Positions 62,106-64,000 of a DNA stretch of 64,000 bases are shown piece after piece. Origin of the DNA: Squalus acanthias. Taxonomy: Eukaryota. The stretch spans positions 40,178,001-40,242,000 of the forward strand of contig CM059432.1 in NCBI GenBank assembly GCA_030390025.1, read 5' to 3'. Made by a program: the position numbers and the translations under genes. The notes beneath the pieces were generated by a model. It had not been told where the DNA came from. It ran no database searches and worked only from the letters and a program-made list of their open reading frames with translations. The number at the start of each line of letters is the position of its first letter. The first letter of the stretch is position 1.

Positions 62106-63594
62106 GAGTTATGGGGAAGATACTTAAAATGTGGAAACCATATAAAAACAACTCAAAAGTAACAAGAAATAACATTTCTTGAAGTGCCACAAACCAAGTT
62201 GACTTGACTAACTACCATTACGCCAATCAAATAATCACACACAATGCTGTTTCTTTTCATGACACTGTACATATACCTAATGAAGGTACTTTATTTTTCA
62301 ATAAATGGGAATTATATTTTAATGAATTAGCTCATAATCCTAAATAATTTAAGGATTATCTGATATATTTTCCTTTTTCTTGTTTGTGTTTTATGGTTCA
62401 GAATTGCTGCTTAGAGGCAGCCTGGGACCAGATTTTTTGTTTAGAGCTTCTGTTGATGTGACATCATAGCCTCAGGAATCTGCAGGGATTCAGCTGGGCT
62501 CCGCCCATAACTTTGGCAGGACACCGGCAGAACTCATTGAAAAACGACAGGGACCCAGTTGCGCCCGGTCTCTTGTGTTTCCAGGACTTTCCAACCTGCC
62601 TTGTAAGGGCAGAACCTCCATCCACCCCTTACAAGGCAAGTGTCATCAGGGGATGGAGCCAGGGCGAGAGACTCGCTACGCTGGGAGTTCTCACATCCTC
62701 ATTTTATTCAGGACTCGTTGTCGGACTGGACGCTGGTATGCCCAGTGAGATGAGACATATCAGCTTCCAGATGGCTGTAAATGGGTCAGGCAAGTGGTCT
62801 AGACTCCCAACAGCAAAAATTGTCTTTTTCAAATGTCTTGATCGGCCTCCTCACACAGGGTGCTAAAGAGGTCATGACTGGGGTCTGCGGGTAGGGAGGC
62901 GGGACCTAGGGAACTCCCACCCCTAATGACGCCAAGGCGCTGGATTTTCTAACTGTATGGTGTAGTAGGTGCTGGAGTGGAGACCACAGTGGTCTTTGTG
63001 CCTGCCTGCCCGCCCAATGCAAATTGGGTGCCTTCCCACAAACTCCAGTTGGATTAGCACTGGAGAGCACCACCATGGATTTCCAGGGCCCATGTTATTC
63101 CTCTCCAGTGACATCATATATAGGAAGGGTTAGCTGATATTAGCATTCGTCATTCGTGATGTCATTGGAGCAGAACATTCTCATAAGGGAAAGCACACTG
63201 CAAAATATCTGCCCCAAACTTCCTCTGACCACCAGTTCAATAGATTAATCTAAGTACAAATGAAAAACACGAGCATGTACACGGGTGTTTATTTTTATAA
63301 CACTTAGGAATTATGGAGCAATTCCATAATGCTCCATTTTTCCTTTAACAACATGAATTGGTTATTGTATAAATAGACTACAGCATGGGTCTTTATATAA
63401 CCTGCAAATGACTCAGGAACTCTTCTGAACTGTGCCACTCATGTTAGACAATTGAGTGCTGCTATATGATGCCATGCCAAGATCAAATGGCATCCTCTAT
63501 GCATTACACCACTGAGCTGGGATTTTTCTTTAGGTCTTGGGTTTGGCATAGATTCTAACACAATATTATCATTGTGGGTTTTTTTTTAAATAGT

Positions 63595-63925
63595 CAGTAA
63601 GGTAGATGCATTGAAACTATTTCTCTGGTGAGGGAATCCAGAACCAGAGGGCATAATCTTAAAATTAGAGCTAGGCCATTTAAGAGTGAAATCAGGAAGC
63701 ACTTTTTCCACACAACAGGAAGTGGAATCTGGAATTCGCTCCCCAAAAAGCTATGGATGTTGGGTCAATTTAAATTTTTAAGACTGAGATCAATAGACTT
63801 GTGTTAGGTAAAGGGATCAAGGGATATGGATCAAAGACAGGTAAATGGAGTTGAGATACAGATCAGCAATGATCTAATTGAAAGGCAGAACAGACTCAAG
63901 GGGCTGAATGGCCATCTATTCCTAT
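63595..63925 (+). mobile_element. CR1 3' fragment
   Basis: gaaactatttctctggtgagggaatccagaaccagagggcataatc..gggctgaatggcc. Confidence 0.8.
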
Positions 63926-64000
63926 GAGCCACTGTATAGTTTTTATGTGAGATATGCTTCTGTACTGCAGGGACTATTTTGTATCTTGCTGTAGAATCAC

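Noticed and set aside
62480..63215. GC-rich segments with TIR-like ends (ggcgctggatttt / aaaatatctgcccc)
   Set aside because: Probably decayed Harbinger MITEs, but the ends and TSDs are too degenerate to define.

Overview
Vertebrate genomic DNA, most likely a cartilaginous fish (shark), inferred from the repeat families. It is not prokaryotic, and most six-frame ORFs are transposon remnants or noise. Two host genes lie on the + strand. (1) The last three coding exons of an NAGPA-like 'uncovering enzyme' gene (1697-1828, 6384-6465, 8224-8464) splice in phase to give an EGF-like repeat, stalk, TM helix and a YQRL-containing tail. (2) TP53INP1 is represented by a CpG-rich promoter near 50.2-51.1 kb and its first coding exon with the LIR motif (61145-61421). 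The ~40 kb between them is a nest of CR1 LINEs, a second CR1/L2-group LINE, an RTE LINE, Deu-domain and other tRNA-SINEs, PIF/Harbinger elements and MITEs, Penelope-like termini with minimal hammerhead ribozyme cores, a G-rich minisatellite and a tRNA-Ala(AGC) copy. The standout observation is a ~1 kb CR1 copy (42102-43080) with massive strand-specific A>G substitution on its sense strand: 24 of 32 T>C on + in an ungapped 106-nt comparison with a sister copy in the same window. This looks like an ADAR-hyperedited retrotransposon RNA fixed in the genome by reverse transcription. All family names come from motif recognition, not database searches, and repeat boundaries are approximate unless TSDs are given.
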